The translations under genes and the position numbers were made by a program. Shown piece after piece: positions 11,611 to 24,400 of a stretch of DNA of 64,000 bases (the stretch's first letter is position 1; each line of letters opens with the position of its first letter). The DNA is taken from assembly GCF_009834535.1 (NCBI RefSeq), contig NC_045696.1, positions 1,986,001-2,050,000 on the forward strand. The letters are read 5' to 3'. The stretch is from Camelus ferus (taxonomy: Eukaryota). The notes beneath the pieces are model-generated. The model saw nothing but the letters and a program-made list of their open reading frames with translations, had not been told where the DNA came from and made no database searches.

Positions 11611-13829
11611 TTCTATGAAACATAGCCAAATTAAGACTAATTAGTTTGCGAAATAAGCGGTTTCAAAAACCTTGGCCTAATTATATAAGTGTAATTGACC
11701 ATATAGGTTCTTTTAAAGTGGCTTTCCTGGAACTCTTCATAAGGAATCTCAGGTTGAACTTTTCAAAGGCCTCTCGAGGCCAGGAAAGCCATACCAAGGG
11801 CTTTTCATCAGATTCTGCCTGCAATATCTGTAGATCTGGTGAATTGCTCTCTTCTCAAGGTCCCCCAGGTGTCTGGAGATTCCTGCACCTGTCTGGAGGT
11901 GGCCTTCTTTATTTACCTGATAAGGCTGCTGGGAACCTATGAGTTTTCAATTTCTGGAGGGTTCAGGTAGACAGAAAAGATAAAATGTTTCAATTCCACT
12001 TACAAAGGTATAATTTACCAAGTTGCTGTAAGTCATAATTAGCTTAAAGGGAAAGGTTTCCTTATAGTTGGAAAACACAGATTGAAAGCCAGTAATATTT
12101 CAGACAAAAAAAACCCCATAAAAACTATAGCCATATTCATCAGTTCACTCAGTCCTGTGTAACTAATCCTTGAGCTCGATCTTTTGTTAACAGTTTGATG
12201 AAGCCCTCAGGGTTTCCATTAGAATTATTTAATTTCTTACCCAGTTCAGTGGTATGAAAGTTACCAGAAACCTATACTTGTCAAAGTCCTTTCTATGAAT
12301 CTTCTTGAAGATACAGCATTTTTACAAAAGCATCAGAGTAAAACGGTAACTGTCTATAAGTGACAAGAGACTTACAGAGACACGTTTAAAGATACCTGAC
12401 ATCTGATGCAACTGACAAAGGAGTACGGTCGCTGCTGTGACAGACATTTTAATATAATGACTAGAATGATGACTGATACTATACTAAAGCATATTCAAAT
12501 TTTAGAAATTCCATGTAGTTTCTAGAACATTTATATTAATGACATTTACCCACATAATACAACCTAAGAAGGTTTATCCCCACTCATTTGACAATGCTTC
12601 CCATGCAACTGAATGCACAAGTCAATCTAATTAGTTTAACATCTCTCATAAAGAGAAAATAAATCTCTTGAGGTGTTCCGGGGGTCACTGGAAAACCTCA
12701 GTTAGCTACAGGTCAGATGAATTTCAGTTGGAATTTGATCTTTGGGAAGTTTGTCAAAAATATCAAAAAGGTTTTAAAACACCTGGCTGAACAGGATCGT
12801 AGATCATGGGGAAATGATACTCGTTTAACCAAGTGACAACAAAAGGTTTCAAAGGCAAGTAGAGAAAGTTACACCACCTTACTTAACAGGGAGAGAAACC
12901 TTTACAGTCTCATCAGCAGCCAATCAATAGTCCAAGGAAACCTTGTTCTCCTAACAGAGAGAGAATACCGAATTCCAGTTTTGCACCTGCTCGCTTTTAA
13001 TAACAAAACTCATTTAAATTCAGTCTAGCCACAGCCAGTCCTGACCAAGCACAAAGCTCCTCTCCCAGGGCTCCTTTCCCACAAACCCTCCACAACCTTC
13101 CATGTCCGTATTAAGTTTGTCCCTTATTTTCTCCCCCTTTGGGGAATAACCAGCTTTAGGGCAAAATTACCTTCTTTCCCCTTAATGAACTGTATTTCTA
13201 CACCTCATACCTCCTTTTACTGAAAACACACACATGCTCCCTGCCTTGCATACTGAAATGTTTCCTTTGTTATTTCTAGAAGCTTTAATTACGTATGTTG
13301 CAATTTTTAAGCCTTAATAACCTTTATCTCCTGCGGGAACCACGAAGGAGACAACCGTGAGGCAGCCAGACCCGCGCTTCCTGACTGGCCAGCCGGCGAG
13401 CATCGTCTGTAACTGCCAGGAACGCACATCTTCTCACAGCAGCTTCATCCTCAGCGTGGGGTGTGTGTCTGAGAAGCCCAAACATCTTTAGTTTTTCTCT
13501 AGTAAGACGACAAAAGCAGGTGAACTTGGACTTGTTTTAGCAATTAGTGTTTCAGTATCTGATCCTACCTGGAAATGATCCAGACATTGTATAAATTTCC
13601 TTCATTTAACTTAACTTGGCAAAACCAAATTTCAAATTACCAAAATCTGGAGAAACTATTTTTAGACAGACGTACCTAAAACAGAATTATTCCTACAGAG
13701 TCCACCTGAAAACTCTCATTTACATTGAATTCACTGACTAATGTTTCATCATATTATGTCATTTTCTTGCTGACAAATTTTTGTAACAGAAACAAGATTC
13801 CATTTGACTTCTAGTAAACCGAGGTACAA

Positions 13830-14017
13830 TAAAGATATGACCCTCTGAGAACCCATTTTTGGGCTATTTCTCCCCTAACTCCAATTGATATTGGGGCCAG
13901 GTAGTATTAAAATACATATATAATCACCTTTTTCAGAAGCTCATAGGTAAAAGTGCCCCGATTTTGGAGACTGCATCCCACTGGGCTGCAGGCTGGTACA
14001 CCATTTGTGGTTCCCAT
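13830..14017 (-). pseudogene. ERV gag matrix remnant
   Basis: MGTTNGVPACSPVGCSLQNRGTF..LKKVII, a frameshift, then YFNTTWPQYQLELGEK*PKNG; resembles class I ERV MA (MG...SPLGCIL..W...CNTAWPQY.L...EKWP.NG). Confidence 0.75.
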
Positions 14018-14775
14018 TTTAGGGCTTTCCCCCAGTGGCTGCAGCGATCGGTCTTTCTAAGGGGCACTGGGTCAGCTTGGACCAGGTGGTGTTTGCAGCA
14101 ACTACTCCTTACTGGTGCCGGCAAGGCTCGGGTGCGTAACCCCCAGCAGAGCTGCCAGGGCCAACTGCTTCCCCACCAACAATGCAGGCAGGTCACAGGC
14201 AGAAGCCCCGACCCCTGAGCAAGTTCCCCAGTCACCTGGGAACGTCGCAAAGGCCTGGAGGAACAGTGGCACTTTTCTTTGGACTCAGAAGACTCATCAA
14301 GTTACTCCTGGGGGCAGTTTGCCGTGGTCAGTCCTCACATAGCCAGTTCAGTTTAAACTAACAGTAAGAGACAGTAATACGTACCACTCACCCACGCACA
14401 TTCACAGGCCTCGATCCAGACAAACTTCTGGCTCTGAATCACACCAAAGACCAAACTTAATCTCTGAGTTTCCAAGAGGATCTAGACCACGTTCAGGTTA
14501 CCAGGACCTCTGAACGAGGGTCAGTTACCAGGGAGAGAAAACAGCTTTTGGACTCAGGCACCTAGATCTTCACCCAGAAGACTTCTTGTTCCGCAGCCTC
14601 TTTCTGCAAAAGTGGACCTGCAACGCGCCCAAGGTGGCTGCCACCGTGCTGGATGGAGGTGTCGAGGCCAAGTCTTCCAGGCAAAGCCACCTAGGCAGCT
14701 GCTGAGGTGGGTATCCAGGCCCCATTCCCAACGCAGCGCCAGCAAGCCACGAGCTGTCGTCCAGCCAGGACTTGG

Positions 14776-14793
14776 ATTCCATCTGGGCCGCCA
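14776..14793 (-). other. Retroviral primer-binding site, tRNA-Arg-like
   Basis: TGGCGGCCCAGATGGAAT just downstream of the LTR-terminal CA; 15/18 match to TGGCGACCCAGATGGGAC, the complement of the tRNA-Arg(CCG) 3' end as I recall it. Confidence 0.7.
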
Positions 14794-14798
14794 AAATT

Positions 14799-14945
14799 TG
14801 TACCAAGCAAGTGGGCTGCTTGCCCATGCACAACAGAAAGACCAGTTACCAAGGTACTAGTCTTCTGCAAAAAGGCTTTACTACAGGGCAGCCAAGCAAG
14901 GGGACAGGAGGTGCCAGCAGGCAGGTGGCCCTGCTCTCCCACAGG
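14799..14945 (-). mobile_element. 5' LTR remnant (R/U5 part) of the provirus
   Basis: Ends in CA at 14799, 5 nt before the PBS; has an AGTAAA poly(A)-like motif; patchy similarity to the 3' LTR (ccctgtagtaaagcct..tgcagaa vs ccctgcggtcaagccc..tgcagaa). Confidence 0.65.
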
Positions 14946-15022
14946 ACATTCACATTCAGGGTACATCACCAATGTTTCAAATTCAGAGGCCAGACTTAAC
15001 CCATAGCTACTTTTTAGAAAAA

Positions 15023-15046
15023 TTTATTTTCATCCCTAAGTTTATT
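15023..15046 (-). terminator. PWP2 polyadenylation signals (two AATAAA)
   Basis: tttatt at 15041-15046 and 15023-15028, ~270 nt after the PWP2 stop. Confidence 0.75.
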
Positions 15047-15312
15047 GTCAAAACTTTGTATCAAACACGTAAAATTTCTCATACAAAGTCTGAGTCCACA
15101 CACATGATCCCACTCGCCTCTCAGTTTTCAGCAGCAGAGGCTCCACGTCCACTTTCGCTCACGTGCCAGCTCCAGGCTGTGAGCTCACTGACCCCGCGGC
15201 CGCGACAGCTTCTCACAGAAGCGCCAGCCTCGGGGACAGAGCCCCACCCTCCAGCGGCGCCCACCTCCCCTGGGGTCTCAAGCAGGGCCAGCGGGCCTGC
15301 AGCAGGGCGGCT

Positions 15313-15496
15313 CTAGGGCAGCGGCCCACCTGCGCCCACCTCCCCGGGGCGCCCCCGGAGGAGGTGCAGACCGTCCTCGTCGTCGTCGGGCGGACCTGCT
15401 TCATCCTCACTTCCCGGCGGGTCCGAGGGGCGCTTCACACCCCGCTGCTTGGAAACTGCCAGGGCGTACTGGACGTTGTAGCGGTTCCAGTCACAG
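15313..15496 (-). CDS. PWP2: PWP2 exon 21 (coding part)
   Basis: [19 protein letters not shown]...GGPLP*; 184 nt including TAG. Confidence 0.93.
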
Positions 15497-18400
15497 CTGC
15501 GAAGGCACGCAGGCGGCCGTCAGCAAGGCCGGCGAGCGTCTCCCACCCCGTCGAGAGCCCCGCTCACGCAGCACTCGACCACCTGCTCCAGAGCCCAGAA
15601 ACACCCGCCACGGGCCCCCACCAGGACAGCCCCCAACGCCGCCTCCTCTGGACACCCCTCGGCCCTCCGGGGCTGTCTCGAGGAATGCAGGCACGTTTAA
15701 CACATGAGCCCCACACACCAACAGAGAAAAACCCCTCCTGCATCTCATGTAGAAGCTTTTGGGGGACGGCCTGACAGTACGAGGGTCCGTCAGCACAGAG
15801 CAGAGCAGACGGCACCCCGCCAGCCCATGTGGGCCGCAGAGATGGGAAACAGCACCAGGTTCTGTAGCGCAGGCAGCACGGAAGCCGGCTGGGCTGACTC
15901 TGCGTCCAAGCATGTCGCGTCCACGTCGACACCCAGTGACGTGGAACAGATCTAACACTGCTTCTTGTGGGAGCCCGATGGAACCGCAACACGGGGAAGA
16001 CGGCCCCCCAGAGGAGCCACCAGCCACCCTGCGGGCAGCCTGGAGCTCGGAAAGAGCCTCCAAGAACAGTGGTTTGTTGGAGACACGTGAAGACCAAGAA
16101 AGCGCTCAGGACAGACGGGAGGACCGGGGGACCTGAGCCACACGGGAAGGCACAAAGCAGACCTTCGGGGCAGAGTAGGGACACCTGAGCACCAAGCCTG
16201 GAAACAGCACGTCGGAGCCCCCCCCCCCCCCGCACACCTGACGCCAGCTGGAGGGGAGACCCCCAGGAGAGGCCAAGCGCAGATCCTCCGGGCCCGGGGG
16301 AGGGGGCAGGAAGTGCGAGGGCCAGGGCGACACCACCTGAACAGGAGGAGGGAGGCTTCGGACCCTCCCTGCTCATCCAAGCGGCAGGGACGCTCTGCCT
16401 CCCTGGGAGTGCTCTCCCGGAATCCACCGTGGGACAGCCCAGCGTGTTTAGTTTGCCAGCGGCATGGGAACAAGCACATCCACCACCAGGACTTTCTGTC
16501 CCCAAATCAGACAACGCAGGGAGCAGCCCCAGCGTGGAACCAGCTGGAACCAGCTGGCGACAGTCCAAGCCCTGCCCGGCCCACCAACCACTCCGGCAAC
16601 ACGTACAGTTTGGAGATGTCCTCCCAGTGGCGCTGGATGCTCTTCTGAAGGAACTGAACGGCCGGCAACAGCTTCCCCGCCCTGGAAAGGAGACTTCCCT
16701 CAGTGCGGTACCGGACGCCAGAGCACCCGGTGCTTGTGCGCAGAAGCCTCCGCCGGGGCCGCGCAGCTGCAGACCCCGCAGAAGGAGTGACCGAACCGCA
16801 GGCGGAGGGCAGGGGCACCCGTCTACCTGGACTTCAGCTTCTGTCCGTGCGCCACAAGCAGCTTCTGAGTCCATAGGAGATAGAACTCCAGGTGGCGGGA
16901 CACCTCAAAGGACGAAGCTAAAAATTCCAGCACCTTCTCCACATACAAGTCAGGAAGCGAGGAGCTGACGACTTCAACTGTGAGGGAAGTGTGGACACCA
17001 TGCTCAGCCCAAGAAGCCTTCAGAAGAGCCGGCCCCCACACGGCGGCCTCCGCCCTGCACTCAGTCCACCCCCCCACCTCACTTGCCTCCCCCACCACCC
17101 GGTCCACGCTCCGCCTAGGCCCCACCGGGCGCCTCCCCCAGACCCATGCCCGCCCTCGCCCCATCCCAGCCCCTCCGCCGGCCCACGCCCCGCCCCGCCC
17201 CACTCACTCTCATCCCAGGGCACTGACTCCAGGGCCTCCTGCAGCAGCTTCCTCTCGTTGAGCCTGAAGGCCATGAGGATGGCCCTGGTGAAGTCCCGCT
17301 GGCGCAGCGCCGCCCGGATCCGCCCGGGGGTGACGCTGGTGTCCAGCTCGAAAGGGTCAAAGAGCATGCGCGCGTCCAGGGAGTAGATAAGGAGTCCCTC
17401 AGTCGTGGTGGCTGCCCAGCAGCGTCCTGGGAGACAAAGCCTGATTAAGGCTCCCAGAACACCGATTTCCATGTTTCCCATGTTTTGAAGAACAGGTGCT
17501 GAAGACGTTCCTGGAGTCCCCAACACACCAGCATGAAGGGAGCAGGGGAGCCTGCCCCACTCCTACCTTGGCCACCAGCCCCTCACCGCTGCAGGTCCCC
17601 AGGGCCACCTGCCCGAGTTCACACCCTACCCTCATCCCCGCTGGGTGGGCGAGCTTCCCTGTGAAGGGCACACTCTCCAGCTCTGCAGGCCTCTCCTGCA
17701 GCTTCTCTACTCCATGATGGTGCGAGGATGAAACTGCCCAGACACCAGAGCAGGGGCCCCCGGACTCGTCCCTCGGGCCCCGGTCTGCAGCCCTGGCTCC
17801 CACGGTGGTGCAATGACACGTGCTGTCTGCACCAGCTGCCTGTCTCTCAACCAGGGCTGGAGGCACGGCCACCACCCCGTAGAGATGAGCCTGCTGCAAC
17901 CCTGTCCCACTCCGTCCCCAGGCTCTGGGGGACAGACCCTCCCCCACTGGACACTCTCAGTGGTGGGGATGAGGCGAGGGAGCAAGGTGCCTGATGGCCC
18001 CAAATGGCACATGGGCAGGGTGCTCAGGGCAGGTGCCCACCTCCTGACTTTGAGCCTCGCAGGTCTGAGGTCACAGCCATCCTCAGGGAGGACGAGGACG
18101 ACCACATCTCACCCAAGGGGGACAGCGGTGCACAGAGCTGGCCAGAAGCTCCATGCTGATCCTGCCCCCGGGAGCAGGGTGACAGGCCCACTGTGCACAC
18201 CACAGGCCCAGAGGCCCATGGGACCAGGCCCACCCCTCCCACGCCAACCACCTGACCCCCAGGGCTCACCGGTGGGAGAAAAGCGGAGCGAAGTCACCCT
18301 GATCTCAGGTTTGAAGTGCCGAGAGCTCATGTCCCCTAGGGGCAAAGGACAGCCGGTCACAGCATGCACACTCCCCCACTCGGCCCACAGAGAGAGGGCC

Positions 18401-21400
18401 ACCCTGTGGACCCAGCAGGAGTGGCAGCCCTGCCCCCCACCCTCCCACAGACACAGCAGGTGAGCCCTGTGCCGGGACCGCCTCCACGGATCAGCCCTTG
18501 GAGCAGACACTCTCGTGAGCTCCAGCCTGGTGGGAGATGGGCTCGTCTGTTCGGGAGAAAAGTCCCTGCCCAGCCCAGGGCTGTGAGGCAGGGTGGTTCC
18601 CGGTTCAGGCCTGGGAGGCGGCCAGCCCCCCCAAAAAACCGAGTCTTCCTTGTGGCCCAGGTCGGGGCAAGTGCAGGGCACAGGGCTGAGCTCCGGCCCG
18701 GCCTCCAGCAAGACGCCACACCTGTGCAGCAAGGACTTGGGGACATCAGCCACAGCAGCCCCACCAGAGGAGACAGCGTCAACACCAGGAAAAGCGGGTG
18801 GTGAGCAGGGCGGCCTGCTGTGGCCTGGCCACCAGGACCAGAGACCTACTGCTCACCTTTCTTTACACCCGGAAGTGGTATCGCGATTCCACCCTCCTCT
18901 GCGGCGTCTTGATCAATCAGCGCCAGGTTGCCAAACTCTGTCATTTTCCTTCGGTTCAAAAATTCCTAAAAGCAAAATCCAGGACATCTTACCATCAGAG
19001 GTGCAGGTAGGTCTGCCCCGCATCCCTCCTGTGCCACCGACGGTGGGAGGCCAGCCCCGCCTGGAAAGCACACGGCACACACAGGGCCTGAGACGGGACG
19101 GCCAGGCCTCCCCTCAGTGCCTGCTGCTGGCCCTGCGGTGGTTGGATTCCCGTCGGAGGGGGTGTGAGGAGGGCCGAGGGTGGGCTGGGGAGACTCGGGG
19201 CTCACAGCCGGCTGAGACCCATGTGGGGGCCCATGCAGTCTGCAGCCTGGCTCTGGAACCCCGCAGCACACTCACCTCCATGGCGTCCAGAGAGAGGTTG
19301 CAAGAGATCTCAAACTTCTTCCTGAGAATCTGCTCCTTGACATGATAAATGCACACGAACTTGGACATCCCTCCCGCCAGGATGCTCTGGCCGTCCGCGG
19401 AATAGCAGAGAGTGGTGAAGGCCCTGGACGGAGGGGACGCGGACTCAGTCGCCACCCAGAAGGCAGATGGCACCCTCCCCAACACGGCCCTGGCCAAAAT
19501 GCTGCAGGATGAGAACCGGCAGCCCAGCCTCCCAGTTCCTGCCGAGGCATCATTGCCCCAGAGGAGGGACAGCACAGTGACCTCCAAGAGGCCTTCTCAC
19601 AGGACCATGTGGCCCCATCTGGGCAGCTCCCTGCTGAAGTCAGGACGAAGGGGGACCCATCTGCCCGCCACCCTCACAGCGGCCGCTGGCAGGGGTGTCT
19701 ACTCAGTCCCGCATGACCAGAACCCAGGCACTCACTGCCGTGTCAGCTCAGGGACTCAATACAGTGACCCTGGATTTGGCAGAGGATTCTTGGATGTGAC
19801 ACCAAGAGCACAAGCAACGAAAGAAAAAACACAAACGAGGCTTCGTGAAAATTTAAACACCCGTGCTCCAAAGAGCACCTTCTAGAACCTGGAGACGAGC
19901 TGCAGAAGCGGGGGAGGATGTGTCTGAGGAGGGTCTCAGGTCCCGAGTACATGGAGAACTCCCCTGAGTCAACAATACAGACACACAGCCTGTTAAAGCA
20001 GACAGGTGCTCCGCACAGACATTTCTCCAAAGCCCGCACACGAGTGGCCTATCTGTCCGTGAAAAGATGCCCAAAACCACGAAGCACCAACAGCTGGGGT
20101 TAAAAAATACACACGAAAGAGCGTCAGTGATTGACGTGGGAAACTGGAAACCCCTGCGCTAGTGGTGGTAACTGAACAGTGCAGGCTCTCTGCACAGCAG
20201 TCTGGTGGGTCCTCAAAAGGTTAAGCAGAGCCACCATGTGACCCAGCAATGCCACTGCTGGGGATACGCCCGGGAGAACTGAAAACGGGGGCCAACACCC
20301 ATCCTCAGGGTGAGGACGCGGGAGCCTGTTAACCCACAGGCCCCACCCATGCCCCACGGCCCCACAGGCAGGAGGAGCCCTGCTGGGGTGGCTCTCGGCA
20401 CTCACTTCCCCTTGGCTGAGTGCTTGGCGGTGATTTTGTCCAGCTCCTTCCTGCCCGTCTTGAGATCATGCCTGCCCTCAATGGAGCCCGTCTGCACCGC
20501 GTTCTCTGGGTCCCAGAAAGTTATCTGTGAGTTTAGCGTGGCCACAGCCAGCTCTGCTCCGTCAGGGCGGAAGGTCACAGCCAGAGCTGCAGAGAGACGC
20601 AGGTCTGAGGCAAGGAAGACCCTGGGCTCCAGCCGGCAGGCCACACTGCCCTCATCCTGCTCCAACCCAGGCTGCACAATGGCACCAGGGGGGTCTGGGG
20701 GCCACGGGGCAGGCAGGGGGCACAACTGAGGGGGGCCAGCTGGGTGGAGGGCTCTGGGCAGGAGGATCACACTGAGATCATGGGTAGACTAGAAACAGAC
20801 TAGCTGTGGGCAAGAGGTCAGTAAGTTAGCCCCACAAAGACGCAAGGGGCCGGCCACTAACAGCCTGAACCAGAGCCAGGTGGGGCGGCCAGAAGCACTG
20901 GACACGGCAGAGGCCACAAGCCCCTGGGGCCAACGGCTGTCTTCTGCAAGGACCTCTGCTGGGACCCACGGGCACTGCAGCCACAGCCGAGACGTCCACC
21001 CGCGGCCCACTGTGCACAAGGACACTTCGTTCCAGCCACCTCATGCTTCCCCGTGGTCAGCATGGGCAGAGCCTTGACCACTTCTCGCAGAAGTGTCACT
21101 GTTAACCCACAGGCAAGCTCAGACAGCGCCAGCAAGTCTGCTGCAATAGGGCCCACCTCGCTTCCCCGGGGGGCCCGGTGCCAAGTGACACAGCCAGCCC
21201 CTCAGCGCTTGGGGTCCTGGGTTTATCCAAACCGGTGCCCCAGACAGGTGGCTGACAGCACAGAGCCTGGGCCTCCCCCTGGGCGCTGCGTACCATCGGA
21301 GGTCAGGGCCAGTGTCTCTGTGGTCCTCCAGCTGTCTACCATGTCCCACAGCCGCACCGTCTTGTCCCAGGAGGCGCTGGCCAGGATCGACTTCATCGGG

Positions 21401-24400
21401 TTAAAACACAGACCACTGATGGGCCCTTCATGGCCAGACAAAACCTACAGCGGTTCGGAGAAGAGCTCTGAGAACATGAGACCCTCCGCGGCCGTCCCAG
21501 CCCGACGTGCCTGCCAGATGCTGGCTTTCAGAGGCCACAGCTGAAACACAGCCCCTCTGAGGCCCTGTGCTGCAGGATGAGGGGGACACAGCTCTGTCTT
21601 GGTGCAGGCAAGCGAGGCGCCCCCAGAATATGCACGTACATGGTGCGGCCCGCTCCTGAGATGCGACCTCTGCCCCACCCGCTCCTCTGGGGTCAGTGAG
21701 GCCCCCTCCCTGCACCCCAGTCCCTCGAGAGAGCAGCTCCTGGGACTCGCGGCCCTTACGTCCAGGAGCCTGCCCGTCTGCATGGACCAGATAAAGATCT
21801 CGAAGGAGTCCTGGGCCCCAGCAGAGACGATCTCCCCGCTCGAGTCCACTGCCACACAGGAGAACTGGGTGGGGCGCGGAGACGTGAAGGTGCGGAAGTT
21901 CCGGTACCTGCGGGAAGAGTGCATCCCGGGGGGCACGGCTCATGGAGGGCCCGCTCACCCTTGTGCGCGTCTGGGGTCTGACGCTGGGCTCCACTTCGTT
22001 CCCTTCCCGATACACCCAGAGCCCCCAGCCTCACTCTCAGCCCAGAGGGGACGAGGAAGTTGCGGAGCCAGCATCCTGAGCCAGCAGAAAGGTCACCTGT
22101 GAAGGTCAAAGGCACGCACGGTCCCATCCATGGAAGAGGTCACGATGACGTAGCCGGTGGAGGTGAAGGTCACGCCGGTGACCCCACTCGAGTGCTCCGT
22201 GAATGTGATGAAGCAGAAGCCACTGAGGGTGTTCCATACCTTGACCTGTGGCGGGGAGGGCAGGGGCGGGAGGGCCACAGCTCAGGTGGGCCACGGGGGC
22301 CCAGGTCTCCCCAGAGGCACAAGCGCCCTCCCGGGTCAGATCGCAGCTGCTGGGACCACAGAGCTCTGAGCCGCGCATGGGAGCCCAGCCCAGAAGAGAC
22401 CCCCACAGCCCCTCCACCCAGATCTGGGCAGACCTGCAAACACCTCCTCCTGAGCCCAGACGAGGCGGGGTGAGCCCCAGAGCCCCAGGCTGAACCCCGC
22501 CGTTGGGGCCTGGCCGCAAGTGCCGAGGCTGGCAGGACAGGGACAGGCCCCCCACCCCCGACACAAGCCCACCTTGCCGTCGTCCCCGCCGGTCGCGATG
22601 CGCTGCCCATCAGGGGAGTAGGCCAGGGACACCATGCTGTTGAAGTGGCCCTGCTGCTTGAGCACGTAGGACTCGCTCTGCCACTCCCACACCAGCAGCT
22701 GGCCCAGGCCTGCGGGCACATGGAGGGGCTAACTGCCTGTGGGACTCACACCGGCATTCTGATGGCCAGTTTCACCCTGAGGCAGGTGCCCTCACCAGAC
22801 ACCTGAACGAGGGAACTCAGCAAGGAGATGCCAACCTCCCGATGCCCCAGCAGAGGGCCGAGGGCCAAGGCCAAGGCAGCGCTGCTGACGGGCACCGGGA
22901 CTCGTGACTCAGATGAGCGTCTGTTCTGAAAGTCTCACCGACTGCTCCTTCGAATGTGAGCCACCCAGCTGCCAGCCTGGCCCCAGTGCCTCAGGGGTGG
23001 GGGAGCAGCAGGCTGACTTCCTGGAGGAAGAGGTCTGCTCCTGTCCTCACAGACCTGGGCACGAAGACTAACCTGAGCATCCAAAGGCGATCCAGTCCCC
23101 GGAGCTATTGATGGCGATGGATGCGACCCTCTGATCTGAGACGCTGGGGAGATGCAGGCCCGGTCAGCACACAGGGCCTCCCGTCCCCACCCGGGGTGGT
23201 CGGAGGTGCAGACAGGGCTGGTCTCCCCATGTCTGCACCACTCCCCCCGCCGTGCGGTTACTGCACTAAATAGTTCACTTCATTCAGAGCATCAGCAAAT
23301 GCAGAGCTGTGCTCGCGTTCAAAACCTCCAAGCCATGGGATTTTGGGAAACCAGTGTTTTAGTTTTTTCCATGTTCCAAAGGGACACGAGAGAACAATGA
23401 AGACAGAAAATAAAAATGTCGTGATGTACAGGTGGGACCAAAGCTCCCCATGACTGGGGATGAGGTGGGGGGAGCTGCGTGTCAGAGATGGGGGCAGGGC
23501 AGCAGCGCTCATATGCGCTCAACCCGGGACAGAGGCGACAGCAGGTGTCCTGGGAAGCCTGCTGGCCCTCCTCCTGGCCCCTCGGTCCGGGGAAGGCATG
23601 GCACGGCTTCTGTCCACCCTCCTGCAGACTGGAGAGCACACACACAACCACACGGAGCAGGTGCTGACCTCAGGGAGTGGATGAGGCTGAACTCTGGGAG
23701 TTCATGCAGGTGGAAGATTCCGGAAGCAAAACCAGTGACCAAGAGGTGGACTTTCTTATGATATGCTGCCGCCGTTAGGTGGTTAAAGTCTCCCTCTTTA
23801 TTAAAAAAGTACCTAAACAGACGGGACACGAGGACTGAGGGAAGAGGACCAGAGGCCAGGCTGGTCTTACACCCCTCCGCGGCTCTGCCCTGGACCCCGG
23901 GGTGGAGGACCTCACTGCACGCGGGCAGCCTGCCTGCACTGCCCCTTGTCCCTTGGGCGGCCCCCTACCTCCTCGCACCTGCAGTTCTGCGCTCCCAGCC
24001 TCCAGCCCCCATGCTCGCTCAGCAGCTCAGGTGCCTTGGGGGGCTCCCCCCACTGGCCCGCCCAGGGCCTCTAAGGCAGGAGTCACAGCTCGGCCTCTGG
24101 AGGCGGAGACCTACTTGGCCAGCCGAGAGTACTTCACTTTGCCCCGCTGCTCCTCAGGCGCCGGTGCGGCCTTCCCGCGGATGGTGGTCTCCTCCTCCCC
24201 CTCTGCGTCCTCCTCCTCCCGCTGCAGCAGGTCCGCCTTCCAGCCAGTGGGGGCTTTGAGCCTCAGGCCCTTAGGGGGCGTGTCACACTGCCACACGCAC
24301 AGGGCTCCGTCCTGGCTGAGCGTGTACAGCTGCAAAGGGAAATGTGTGGGTGTGGCCCACTCTGACCCTCAGCCCCTGCCAGCCATGGGCTGCAGTGACA

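Larger units (their letters stand above)
7360..14945 (-). mobile_element. Decayed class I (ERV1, MER4-group-like) endogenous retrovirus provirus
   Basis: Parts in order on the minus strand: 5' LTR remnant, PBS, gag MA, AT-rich spacer, integrase, env with immunosuppressive domain, degenerate purine tract, 3' LTR. Boundaries approximate. Confidence 0.85.

Noticed and set aside
15564..16874. 436-aa minus-strand ORF
   Set aside because: It runs through PWP2 introns 19-20 and crosses the exons out of frame; GC-rich with no recognisable domain.
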